From Macrostomum lignano (taxonomy: Eukaryota), in assembly GCA_002269645.1 (NCBI GenBank), contig NIVC01001309.1, positions 124,001-188,000 of the forward strand: a stretch of DNA of 64,000 nucleotides. Direction: 5' to 3'. The translations under genes were made by a program, and so were the position numbers. Shown piece by piece: positions 37,465 through 50,257 of the stretch (position 1 is its first letter; every line of letters begins with the position of its first letter). The notes under the pieces are model-generated. The model ran no database searches and was not told the DNA's origin. It worked only from the letters and a program-made list of their open reading frames with translations.

Positions 37465-39324
37465 CTGAGGCGTGAGGGAATAAATAAACAGGGTGTTAAT
37501 AATGCTACCAAAAAGGTAAAAAAACATCTGTGAAAAGTTTATGTTTATGAAGTTAATGAATTGAGCTTCTGATCCTGGCTAATATAAATTTCATATTATC
37601 TCATCATAATGGTTATAAAAATGTCATCAATATGACACAATTTAGAGTTTAAATACCAAAACTTCAACAATAAATGAACATATTTGCTCACAGAGAATCA
37701 TAGAATACACTTGGCATATAGAATTTCAAGGTCGAACACTGGTGTACAAAAATGGCCAATTATGGCCATGGCCAGGTATGGTATAGCAAAATTTTGATCA
37801 ACCCTATTGGAATAAGTTTCAAAAACCTGCAGATACACGACACATGTGCAAAAAAGTAGCATAAATACATGACACAAGACAAAAGAATTAAAAAGTGCAA
37901 CATGATGCAAAATTCATTTGAAATATTACAAAATTTGGCAGAAAATGACAGATAAACAATGAATACTAAAACCCAGAAAATAGAGTAAACATTCTGAAAC
38001 TTTTTACTTAAAGTCTCAAATGACAACTATGTTACTCCCACAGTTGTTCACATACCATGCTTCTGGCACTGCTGCAAGTTGACCACAATGTGCTTCAACA
38101 CAAATACTGCCCTGCTCTTCAACTCTACCACGCAATGCAACACTGGCTGCATTTTTTGAATTCCTGATTTCTTGAGTGAACAGCCAAAAATACTAAAATT
38201 TCCATTTCAGTGTACACCTTCCATGATCCAGACTATGGACTATAAGTATATATAAGATTCCATCAATCTTATACTTTTGCAAGTTTAATTATTTTCTAAG
38301 AATTTTAAATTTTGCATCTACTTACATCTAAAACCATTGTTTATTGTTGCATTTTTATTTTAGGACCACCCAGTAACTGGTTTCACTACTTGTAGTTGAC
38401 AGTTTTGACAATTGATTTGTTGAAACTCATCAATCTTTTCATTGAATCTAATAAAGTATTCATCATTACACTAGCCTTGGTTAGGGTAGTGCACTAGGCC
38501 TAAGACTTGATTAAATTGCAGGACTATTTAAGTTATAAATTTATTCATATCTGTGAATTGACCACTGACAAATTCTACCTACCAAACTGATAGTAGATTA
38601 TAGTCATTACAGTGATACAACATTTTGACAACAAATGTTTTAGTGACAAACAAAAGTAATTTTAATGAAAAGAAAAAGACCCTTTTGGTAATAGTCATTA
38701 TGGTTTTAAACAAAAAATATCTTGCTAATTTTAAGTGATATAAAGCCTAAAATTTTGAAGGTTTGCTGAAACCTTAGTATTGCTTCATTTAATTTTTGTT
38801 TACTTTTATAAAGTTGCAATATTTTATATTTGTACATTTTCCAAATTCAATGAATATTTCTTGTAGCTTTTTGGTAGGCAAATTATGAGGAGGATCATTT
38901 ATGTTTATGTTTAAATATTCTAGGACAAATTCAAAATGATCTGTATAAAAACAAAACAATAAAACAATTTATTTTTTAAAAATATATTAAGCTTTTGACA
39001 GAATTTTTGAAATATACAAAATATAAATCTTAACAGAATAACTACAAACTGATACTATGAAGAGCTTTCTATCACTAAAATGACCAACAACTCAACAAAT
39101 TTTTCATTTTTTATCAAATGTGAAATGTGTTAATCATAGAAGCAACTTGTTACCAAAATGTTTATCACTAAAACAACTTGGGCAATCTTTAAGATTTGTT
39201 TGCTAAATTTGAATTTGTGTGAAATTTGTGCTAAAATATGGTAGGAGACACAGAAACAATGTCTATAGGACAAAAAGTTGTATAGTCAAGACAGAAGGCA
39301 AGGAATTAAAAAAAATAAGTGAAT

Positions 39325-39444
39325 GTCTATATGGTAAACTATACTAAACTACTGTACTAAAGAGAGTCTATGGTAAACTATACTAAACTACTGTACTAAA
39401 GAGAGTCTATGGTAAACTATACTAAACTACTGTACTAAAGAGAG
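39325..39444. repeat. 39-bp tandem triplication
   Basis: gtctatggtaaactatactaaactactgtactaaagaga x3. Confidence 0.9.
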
Positions 39445-40819
39445 GGGCACAAAGAAGTTTCAAATTCTCATTATTGATTTTTGCTAGTATAGATTTCTTA
39501 TCATGGCTAGGGACATCCTGTAGTACCAAGTTTTATTTTCCAACCAAATTTGCTTCAGAACATTGCCAACCTAACCAACTAGAACTATACTCTCTTTGAG
39601 CTTGGTAGTAAGCTGCAAGACATATGGTCAATAATCAATTGGCTGGCAATATATTGTTTAATTTGGAACTATTACCACTGCAGTTTTTGACCAGCTAGCA
39701 AAAGCATCATGCACCTTCAATATCAAGCAGGTGATTGGTATGTCAAAGGCTTTACCTGGGATTGCAAGGATTGTCTATTGCAAGTTTTAATCTGCAAGGA
39801 CTTATTCTTTGAGGCCTGAAAGCTCAGACTGGTGCAGCACAGCTCATTTACTAGTGGCTAATTGATGTGAAACAAGGAGAAGCTATTAGACAAGCCTATA
39901 AACACTCATTAATTGGCATAATTTCATTATACTCATTGACTATCAAGTACCAAGTACTCATTGACTATCTAATAAAACTAAGAGGCCTTAATTGAAAGGT
40001 CAAAGTAGATAAGTCCTATTTTATACATGAAAATTTTATTAAAATGCACATTAGCCTGGCTAATAAGTGCCAAGAATAATAGAACATGGCATTGGAAATG
40101 CATGATAGCACTAGTTGAAGATAGAACTGTGGCAACCTTGCTGCTAATTATTATTTGGCATATTTTTCCCAGAATCCCAGGTACTCACATATTGATTGAT
40201 AGCTAACAAACATATAACCAACTATTTAACTCTGGTATTATGAACTACTAATTGCATTTTGTGAACTTGCAAGATGCAAAAATTTACATAAATCTTATTG
40301 AAGGTATATAGGCTCATACCAAAGCTTGCTTTGGTATAATACATGGCTTGAGTACTATACTCTTCAAGTCATATCTTAAAGAATTTCTTTAGTGCAAGAT
40401 ATACCTATAAAATATATTTGGTAATATGTAATGGATTGGGCACTATTACCCCTGAAATGGACTTAATAAATGCAATCAACTAACTAATGATTTTAACTTC
40501 ATGTTTATAGTTTATTTGTTAATTTCTAATTAGGTTTTGTTATTATTAAGATTAGAAATAAATTTTTATATAAGTTTGAGTTTAGCAAACAATTCTTGAA
40601 AGTTGCCACAACTTGTTACCAAAATGACCTGTATCCACTGATAGACTTTATGCAAGAGACAAATCTTTTAAGCCATTTCATAAGCCTGCATCCATTTGAA
40701 TTGCAAATTACTAAGAAAATAATCTAAACATGCAAAGTAAAATATTGCCAAAATTGCTGACACCAACATTATAATTTTTTATGGAAAATAAAAACAAGAG
40801 AATAATCTTTTGACATCAA

Positions 40820-43800
40820 CCATAGTCAGGAAGGTGGCAGTTTGGTCGGAAAATTCCGGCGCACACAAGCCCTTTTTGGGCACACAACGGCGCACAACGG
40901 CGCACAGCGGCGCGCCGGCGCGCCACAACAGCGCACAGCGGCGCACTGGCGCACAGCGGCGCACAACGGCGCACACCAGAGGACACCGGCGCATGGCGGC
41001 GCGGCGCGGCGGGCGCCGCGCCACATGCAGCGTTACCCTTGTGGCGATCCCATGTAACGATGTAAGTCGTTACTTGTTACAGTACACTATTCACTGTTCT
41101 ATCTAATGTAACACTGCATTCTACCAAAAAATAAAAAATAAAATAAAATATTTTCCTTTTCCTTTTTACCTTTGTTTTTGCCATTTGCTTACTTTTTATG
41201 TTTGTTTTGTTTTAAAAATTAGAAATTAAATTAAAAATTTTTTAAATTTCTATTTTTGGTTTAACGATCTCAATTTCTCATAATATAATATAGATAGCCC
41301 GTAACCGTCCCGTATTAACCATTATATTCTCTTGTCTCGTGACTCGACTCTCGTGTAACGTTTATTTATTTCATTCATTTATTCATTTATGAGAATAGAA
41401 TGAGTTCGCCTAATGCAAATGCAAATGCTAGTAGTGATCCAGATCCAGATCAAGATCAAATTGAAGATGAATATCGGAATCGGAATCTGAGGCCGACGGT
41501 GACGCCGAGTCAAAGTCAGACTCAGACTCCGAGTCGTCAGGCCAATGACAATGAGAATGAGATCGAGGAGGTCCATGAGGTAGTTAGTAACTTATCTACA
41601 AAACCAAAGAACAAACAAGGTAAACAAGCAGTAATAATATAGACTATTAAAGTATATTGAGTTGAATTGTATTTGTAAGTAGACTAGGTCCTAATCCTAA
41701 TTTGTTTTGTATCTACACAGTTATACAATATACAATACACTAGTGACTAGTCACTAGCTAATTTATTTTTTAATTGTATTGTATTGTCAGTATTGAGTCA
41801 TTGACTATAGTCTATAGTATAATATTAATTATTCCCTAATGGCCTAATCCCTAGGGCTAGGGCCTAGGCCTATCCTAAATCCTAATTCGTATTTATTATT
41901 TTCTTAGATGTATTCTTAATATATATTAATACACATACAATGACAATCATACATATTACATATTACATATTAACATACACATACACTAACACATGTCACT
42001 TGTCACGACTCACATACATACACAGGTCTCAACACAGCCTGGTCATTTATGCGCTGCTCTACTAGCTCTAGCAGTTCTAGCTTTGCCTCTACTTCAGCAG
42101 CAGCAGCTGGCCAAAATAAACGTTCTGCAGCTCAGGCATCTACTTTAGCTTCAGATGACACTGATAAAATTAATCAGCAGACATGTGAGCCTGATGTTGA
42201 TGATGCTAGCTGCACAAGTGCAAAGAAAATTAAGAAGTCAAAGTCAAACAAGCACTACTGCCTTCTATGTCTAGCTGACACAAATAAGCCCCTTTCCAAG
42301 TGCGGAATCCATCGTGGCAATAATTCTTCTATGTTACGGCATAGAAAAAATCAACACAACAGTCAAACTAATGTTCAATTTGCTCACCATGCTTCTTTGG
42401 TTGTTCAGCGCCTACTAAAGCACCGACATGTTGAGGCTGAGGCAGAGGCTGAAGCTGAGGATGAAGATGAATATGATGCTGAAGCAGATGCTAGAGATTG
42501 TGTTAATATTACTATGGATATGGATATTGCTGAAGCTTCTGATAATGACAATGTTGCTGTTGCTGCTGAAGCTGATGTTGCCACTGCCACTGCCACTGCT
42601 ACTGCTACTACTACTACTACTATTTCTGGTGAGGCTGCATCTAATTCCATACTCCATGTGTCAGTGACATCAACTGGTATGGTAAGAATTATTCTGTTTA
42701 TTGGCTGTCTATGTGGATCATTTAATATAGGTTTAATAGAAACAATTTTTTTCCTGTCTGAAATATATACTTAGGTTTCTGTCTTTTAGTCTGTAGCTTT
42801 TAAGCATTTGTGTGAAAATGTTTTCATTGGAGATGTAAACTACATTCAAATAGGAAGCGCATCCTGTTATGTCGACTGCGATAATGAACACAGGAGCATC
42901 TGCTGCACAAGCATCCGGGCTACTGCTAAGCCCAGACCTAGCTCAATCAGTACTGCAGGCTCTAAGTGAGCAGTCGCAAATGCTTGCTGCTCATGTAAAA
43001 GATTTCAAACAACTCTCAGAATCTGTTAAGATTCTCTCAGATAAGTTTTCCACATCATCAAAACAGCTGCCAGTCGACAAGGAGTACGAAAAAATATCTC
43101 AAACAGAGAATATGGCCCAGCTCCTCAAGTCCCCTTCGATTGGAATCGAAGCAATTGGCGAGGACTTTATCGTCTATTGCAAGTGCTGCTTTGATGTGTT
43201 GTCCAAGGCCCAACCTATGCCGACAAATTACTCAGTAGCTGATGCATTCCGTTTTTTGTGAGTTATATTTCATTTTATTTATATATATTAAATGCATACA
43301 AATTTTACTTGATTTCTTAGTTGATTTATCGATGGCAATTTAAAATTGTACAGGAATCCTGGACTTGGCCCTAATTCAATCAGCAAAGGCAAGTTCTGCT
43401 CAGGAAGGCTTGTTAAAGCGGCCGAGATGAAAGAACTCCATGAGAGCCCCACCGCATTTAGCAAATTTCGATATTCTGTCAAAAGCCACTTTTCTGGTGT
43501 TAATGGCATGGGCCATGCTAAAGCTAAGAAGAAGGTTGACAATGACAAAGGCCGACTTACTCGCAATCAAAAAGTTGTGAGGAACCTTGTTCGCAGTGCG
43601 GCTTATCATATCGAATCCGCGTGTGCAGCTATGCACTACGAGCTGACCATTGTCCTGTTATCTGAATCAGGAGCTGAAGTTGGAAATATCGGTCATGGAT
43701 TGTAAGTTATGCACTGATTACTATACATTAGTTATGATTATTTATGCATAATAAATTTGTATTTGTAGAATGAAATAAAATAAATAATCACATTAAAAAC

Positions 43801-44934
43801 GCTTTCAGCCAATTTGGAAGACAACTGTGGGACCTTCTTGAGTTCTGTGTCGATCGAGACGCATCAAGATTTATGCGTGAGCCCTTGCCGTCAACTGGCC
43901 TGCCTCCTATGATGTGTCTGACGTGCGACAAAAGCACTCCAACACGCACTACCAACCAGGCTGTGCTAATTCTTTTGAGGTAAGAATACATCTATTAACT
44001 TATTTAGAGAACCAGTATAACTAGTATAACCAGCACAAACCAGTAGATAATGCTTTTCTCAAAATAATTGATTTGATAATTGTTAGATAAACTTTACTTT
44101 TCATCAGAGATTCGACTGGTGTAGCCTTGGCAATTCCGGCGGGTGCACCGCCAATTTACAACGAGAGCATGGAGGCTGGTGGTACAGCTCTGGCAAAGCT
44201 GCTATTCCAGACGTTGCGCAATATGGATCCGCCTCTCCGCAGTATTGTCGGCGTCGTTGCTGATGGCCAATACATCGCCAATGGCAATTTTCTAAGCGAG
44301 GTGCGCATGCAGCTAGGCGTGGACGCAGACAGCGAGTCGGATCTGCCAATCAGCTGGGATGCTGCTCATTATTTGAATTTGGCTGTGACCGATGTCCGCG
44401 ATGCCCGCAATAAGGAGTTTTTCCGCCGATTTGTTGTGCGTGCTAATCTGTTTTCGCACCATTTTGGCCGTGGACGTGGCTTCGCAGCTCTGGAGTGAGC
44501 GTCTGAAGAAGGTGCCAGAGCAATCAGCACTTTCGCAACGCACCGCTTTGCAAGTTCAGCCATGAAGCAGTGGCAGGCCATAGCGGATTCATATGGCGTA
44601 AGATTAGAATAAAAAATAGTATATTCAAAAGGGTTTTACAGTAGGCTTTATATTGGAGCTCAATGTCGATTAACCGTGGGTGTATAATTCAGGTCTAGAA
44701 ATATCAACTAATAAAACTTAGCTATAAAGAACAGTAATATTTTTCCTACCGTTTTTGCTCCTTGCTACGTCTTTTTTGTACAGGAGCTGCACACTGCATT
44801 TCGAGACGAAAACCCTCAATGCCGCGATGACGAAACTACGCAGTACCAGATGTTTGGTTGCGACTTTGTCTTCGACCTCCTGGCTCTGCTGGATTTGATG
44901 GATCCTCTTCGCCAGCTGATGGAAATTGTCCAGG

Positions 44935-44978
<44 letters not shown>

Positions 44979-46837
44979 ACATTTATCCAATAGAATGGTT
45001 ATGCTTTTTATTTTGAATTTGTTATCTCACATTGCACTCAATACAGGACATTCGGCAACCACACTGGAAGTGTGCCATGTTGCTCCCAAAAGTATTGAGC
45101 TTCCTGGAGCATCGGTCCACTGTTTTTCGTGTCAGTGACTACCCAAGGCTGAAGGATTGCTATGACGCTATCAGGCCAGGCGGACAGTTCGATGGTGTGC
45201 CGTTACTGGATGGCTGGCTCGTAACTGGCACTGGCAATGGCATTGATTGGTTTGCCCGCGATCGAGCCGACATGGAGGCTGATATTACGCAGCTGGCCGC
45301 AGATCTTCGAACAAGCCTTGCGAAGCGCTTCCAAAAATGTAATAATGATGCAGCTGGCAAAGCTGCCGTAATGGATGCCACTGCCGTCCTTCAGCTGCTT
45401 TCTTCAGATGATGTCGACGTCAGCGTGGAGCTATTTACCACGTCCGACGCAGCCAAGGAGTTGGTGCAGCAAGCGGAGCGCCATTCTAATCTCGAACTAA
45501 AGGCTGTGCTGACACGAAGATATCTGGCGTCATACGTTAACTGCCTACACAACGCCTTTAAAACCGGTGTTGGGCGCGAGACCTGGCTCATTCCGGCCAT
45601 CACGGAGCCAATAGTTTCTGCACGCCCAAGCCCAACCCCAAGCGACTCTGCATGTGACCTCGGCACTACATTTGAGGTGGAAAAGGCATCCGGCCATCGC
45701 CAGATTGTTCGCCTCAATGAGCCAGCTATATATGAGTCTATGTACTCAGATCCACGCTTATTTAATGCTGCAGGACCATCTAGCTGCCGTCTCCTCGATT
45801 TCGCGCTGCATCGTGGTGGCACAGGCAAGTTTAGAGAGAAAAAAGTGTAACTATTTAAGTTTCTTACTGTATTTGATAATTATACTGTAGTTGTCCATTA
45901 TTTTTTGAGTGAATTAAGACATAACCACAATGCACAAAAACTTTTATCAGCAAATTTAGACAGCTATTGATACATTTTTTGCAGAAGCAATAGTCGAAAC
46001 GTTTTATTCGACAATGCGCTCCCAGCAGCAGCAGGGCGGCCAGACGAATGAGACGTTGGCCCTCCGGTCAAAACTTCGCTGGATGCTGCCATCAATCGGC
46101 ACAAAAGGAATGAAGCAGCTACTCAAAGAAGCTGCTCATACCTTCTACACTGGCAACTCTGCTCGTGGGCTTGCACCACACCGCGGGCCCTTTTTTCATG
46201 ATCTGAGGGGCCGCGCTGATGGAAAGTATATCGTAAGCAAAGTTGTTGACCGGCATACGACAAAGAAGTCTCGGTGTCCATTTGTTGGTCGGTACCATCA
46301 CAGTAATTTGCCATCTTCTAGCCAATCCGATGCAGACAATGATGTGGCAGCTGCTGATTCTGAGTAATTTAAATGAAATTGTAATGAAATGAAATTTTGT
46401 CTATGGTACCACACCCCCAACCCGCCAAACCGAGTCTGCTGTTTTTTCATTGCTATTTCAAAAGGTTTAATTTTATAGCACCCGCCAAATTTCGGTTCTA
46501 TGGTCAAAAGTCCTCGACACATATAACCGGCCTCGGCCCTGCACTGCAAAACATGTTGAAGCAAAAATAAAAAAAGTGAGCAAAAATATATTTTTACTTT
46601 GAATGCCTGTACCATAGTAATAACTATAAGAAATATTATAGGGGTAGGGTTTATTGAAAATATTGGCGCACAAAAATTGTTGCTATGTTGTAAAAAAAGG
46701 TCTTTTATTGTCGCAAGGCAGGTAGTGGCGGGTGCACAACGGCGCACACGAGGGTTTTTGTGTCGGCGCACGGCGCACAATTTTGGGAGAGGCCAAAATT
46801 TGTTCCGGCGCACACTCTGCCACCTTCCTGACTATGG
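40820..46837 (+). mobile_element. Full-length hAT-like DNA transposon, 6018 bp
   Basis: Perfect 21-bp TIR CCATAGTCAGGAAGGTGGCAG (40820-40840 / 46817-46837); 8-bp TSD GACATCAA (40812-40819 / 46838-46845); GGCGCAC subterminal arrays at 40857-41030 and 46730-46812. Confidence 0.93.
41400..46367 (+). pseudogene. hAT-like transposase, 9 exons, ~1200 codons, one in-frame TGA
   Basis: Phase-consistent exons 41400-41619, 42026-42681, 42854-43257, 43354-43701, 43809-43979, 44108-44597, 44784-44933, 45047-45824 and 45985-46367 (3600 nt). BED-like finger CLLC..NNSSMLRHRKNQH; catalytic-type motifs TCDKST, VADGQY, WDAAHYLNLA, THRF, EAIVETFYS; TGA at 44496-44498. Confidence 0.85.
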
Positions 46838-46914
46838 GACATCAATAACCTTCTAAAATATCATGGGCATTAATAGTGCCATAAAAATCCAAATGAAATA
46901 CTACCACATAAATA

Positions 46915-47488
46915 AGGCAGTTGTTATTTGTCCAATGACTAGATGAATAGCCTTTTTGCTATTTGTCCAGTTAAATTTCTAAAACAAGTATCTATTTATC
47001 TATAAATAGTATTTGTTTAGTGATAAATATGGCATAGTTCTAGTTTACTTTGTTATATTCCAACCCCCCTACCCTTGAATAGAGGGCGAAATAATTTAAC
47101 GCAGTAAACTAGAACTATGCCATAAATATTCTAAATTTTGAAGACCTTTTCTTGTATCCTGATTAATATTATGTTACGCTCGTATATACTAGTAAAAGCA
47201 AAGTAGATATGTTTAATGCATATGCTATTTGGCATAACTTGGTATAATATAAGACAAACACTAGTATAACAACATGATAATCAAGATAAGAAGTCTGATG
47301 TCCAGGAATATTCACCTTTGTAGTTTCTGTAAAATAAAATGTCAATTTAACTGGACAAATAGCGAAATGTCTTTGTGTCCGGTATTAACCAGATGAATAG
47401 GGAAACATGGCTATTATCCAGTAACTGGACAAATAACAACATCGCAGCATCGCTATTCGTCCAGTCACCAGACAAATAACAACTGCCT
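46915..47488. mobile_element. 574-bp MITE
   Basis: TIR aggcagttgttatttgtc / gacaaataacaactgcct, flanked by ataaata on both sides; internal inverted pair tatggcatagttctagtttact. Confidence 0.7.
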
Positions 47489-48334
47489 ATAAATAATGCA
47501 ATTTTCATAGCTCCTCAATGCTTGGAAACTTGTTATGGAAACAATATACCAAAATTGTACTGTCTTTAAGATTAATATTCAATGCTATTTGATATAAAAT
47601 ATCTGCGATTAAATGATATTAGGAGCCTAAAGCAAATATAGGCCCTGTCGCACTTTGCAAAGCAAATTATGGCCCTAACTTTTGGATATGACTGAAACAG
47701 TGAAAGCCAGGTGTGAAATAAAAAATAAAGTAACAATGCCGATTGAATGAAAATTGAACATAACTTACAAAGAAAATACTTCCTGGATCCATTAGTATCA
47801 ATAATTGACAATAAGCATAATAAATTTCGAGGTAATCAAGAAGTAAAAATCGTTACTCTTCTCGGAAAACACATTTTAAACTTTCCGCGAAATATTGCCA
47901 TGTGTTAACAAATACCAATGATTTTACTACTCAGTTTTGCCTAACCTTTAATAAAATTATACCTTTTTAGCTAAATTTAAAAATTTTAATTTTAAAACTT
48001 ATAGAATATCATAGATACGTTGCCGTTTAAAAAGATTTTATAAGCGGTAGATGTACCGTCATTCCATCGTCAATGCAATTGATATGAAATTGAAATTGTT
48101 CCAAATTTTCTTGCGCGGATGTAAGTTATGTATATAGCCTCTTATTGATCTCTTTTAAACAATTTTTAATCCTTCACTAGCCTTTACATATTATACGAAG
48201 CTACTGGTAGACGTCGAAAATCCAGAATATTGCACGAATCTTAAGATGCATAAGATATAGCAAAATACTGTATTACAATTTTTTAATGTGCGCATTTGAA
48301 GACTGCGTACGGCTGCTCAGTCCAAGGACTAGGG

Positions 48335-48518
48335 AGTTGCAACACACCCTCAATCACGCCAGCTAAAGCTGGTTAACAATTTTACAGCTGGGTGAACTGG
48401 AGCAATGCAAAGCTAAGTGTCCTGCTCAAGGACACAAATTGTCCCAGTAAGATTGGGAATCAAACCCGATCTTCAAGTGAAGTCCGACGCTGTAACCACT
48501 AGACTACAACTACAACCC
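48335..48518 (-). mobile_element. tRNA-derived CORE-like SINE
   Basis: Reverse strand gtagtctagtggttacagcgtcggact..gggtttgattccc..gtgtccttgagcaggacacttagc..cacccagctgtaaaat; related to 23271-23378. Confidence 0.65.
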
Positions 48519-48695
48519 ACTTAAATAAAAGAAGGAAGTAAGTCAAGATGATAATTCTCTTCAACAATTATTTTTTTCAATCCAACCGCACACGTAGCCT
48601 GGATTTATTACCCCGCCAAGCCAGCCAACCTAATAGCATTCAAAAAGTCTGCAGCGCTTGCATAGACAAGTAGCCAGAGCTAGTCCTCGTCAGAT

Positions 48696-50257
48696 TTAAA
48701 CTTTTTTGTGTCCCTCGGCATAGACCTGATAGGCGATGCGGTCAAGATCTCGCCTGCCCTGCGACGTCAGCTGCCGGCCGCCGGCCTCGTCCTTGGCAAC
48801 AAGGCCCATCGACTCGAGGCCTTGGAGACTCTTGCGGAGCGGGCCCCGGTAGCAGCGGGACGAGTGGTTGGGCCGGTGGCCACGGCGCCTCACCTTGCCG
48901 TACACCTGGGGGAATTGGGAATAGGTTACAGTAGTACAGATGAAATTCAATTTGGGTGATTCACAACTTTTTATACCAGCAATTCCAAGGTTTTCTCGAC
49001 TTGAAGATCTACCTAAGAGGGTGCTGGTGGTCCACCAACTAAGGATCTGAGGCCCAGCAATTCAGGATCTGGGAGGCTGGCCCAGCAACTGATGATCTGG
49101 GAGGCTAGTCCAGCAACTGAGGATCTGGAAGACTGGCCCAGCAACAGGATCTGGAAAGCTGGCCCAGCAACTGAGGATTTGGGAGGCTGGCCCAGCAGCA
49201 GAGAATCTGGGAGGCTGGTCCAGCAACTGAGGATCTGGGAGGCTGGCCCAGCAACTGAGGATCTGGGAGGCTGGCCCAGCAACTGAGGATCTGGGAGGCT
49301 GGTCCAGCAACTGAGGATCTGAGAGTCTAGTTCAGCAACTGAGGATCTGGGAGGCTAGCCCAGCAACTGAGGATCTGGGAGGCTGGTTGAGCAACTGAGG
49401 ATCTGGGAGGCTGGTCCAGCAACTAAGGATCTGGGAGGCTGGTCCAGCAACCGACACTCTGGGAGGCTGGTCCAGCAACTGACACTCTGGGAGGCTGGCA
49501 CAGCAACTGAGGATTTGGGAAGCTGGCCCAGCAACTGGGGATCTGGGAGGCTAGCCCAGAAACTGGGGATCTGGAAGGCTGGCCCAGCAACTGAGGATCT
49601 GGGAGGCTAGCCCAGCAACTGAAGATCTGGGAGGCTGGCCCAGCAACTGAGAATCTGGGAGGCTGGCCCAGTAACTGAGGATCTGGGAGGCTGGCCCAGC
49701 AACTGAGGATCTGGGAGGCTGGCTCAGCAACTAAGGATCTGGGAGGCTGGCCCAGCAACTGAGGATCTGGGAGGCTGGTGGCCAAGCAACTGAGGATCTG
49801 GGAGGCTGGCCCAGTAACTGAGGATCTGGGAGGCTGGCCCAGCAACTGAGAATCTGGGAGGTTGGCCCAGCAACTGAGGATCTGGGAGGCTGGCCCAGCA
49901 ACTGAAGATCTGTTACTGGGCAATTTCAAAACGAACCACCTGGAGCATGGAATATGAAAGCCATAGTAAGTCCATCACTCCCACACTCACTTTGGTCAGA
50001 GCGCCAACTCCCACAGGGGCGCGCACGTACAGGTGGCGCAGCAGAGAGGCGGAGCGCACAAAGAACCAATCGGAATCAGCGGGCGCCAGCTCGTTGGCTG
50101 CAGACAGTTTAACAACGTCGGCCCATTCCGGCACAGCCAGCTTGCCAGTCTTCTTCAAATAGGCGGCCAGAGCTCGGACCAGCTTCTGCTGGCTGACACT
50201 TTTCACGCCAACAAATGTGTGGGCGGACTTGCCGCTTGCAGCTTGCTGTGCCATCAT
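48696..50257 (-). CDS. RPS19: 40S ribosomal protein S19 (eS19), divergent; two exons
   Basis: Exon 49991-50257 ([47 protein letters not shown]) and exon 48696-48905 ([25 protein letters not shown]), phase-0 GT-AG intron. Confidence 0.92.
49040..49912. repeat. 28-bp minisatellite filling RPS19 intron
   Basis: Unit gaggatctgggaggctggcccagcaact, about 30 copies. Confidence 0.95.

Noticed and set aside
39600-39860. Possible RecQ/helicase-like remnant on the minus strand
   Set aside because: Only a vague VVIVPN..Q resemblance with several stops; not supportable.
44496-44498. Programmed readthrough or selenocysteine at the transposase TGA
   Set aside because: No SECIS or readthrough context recognised; a CGA>TGA nonsense mutation is simpler.
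49013-49929. ORFs in the RPS19 intron and CRISPR-like appearance
   Set aside because: 28-bp minisatellite without spacers.
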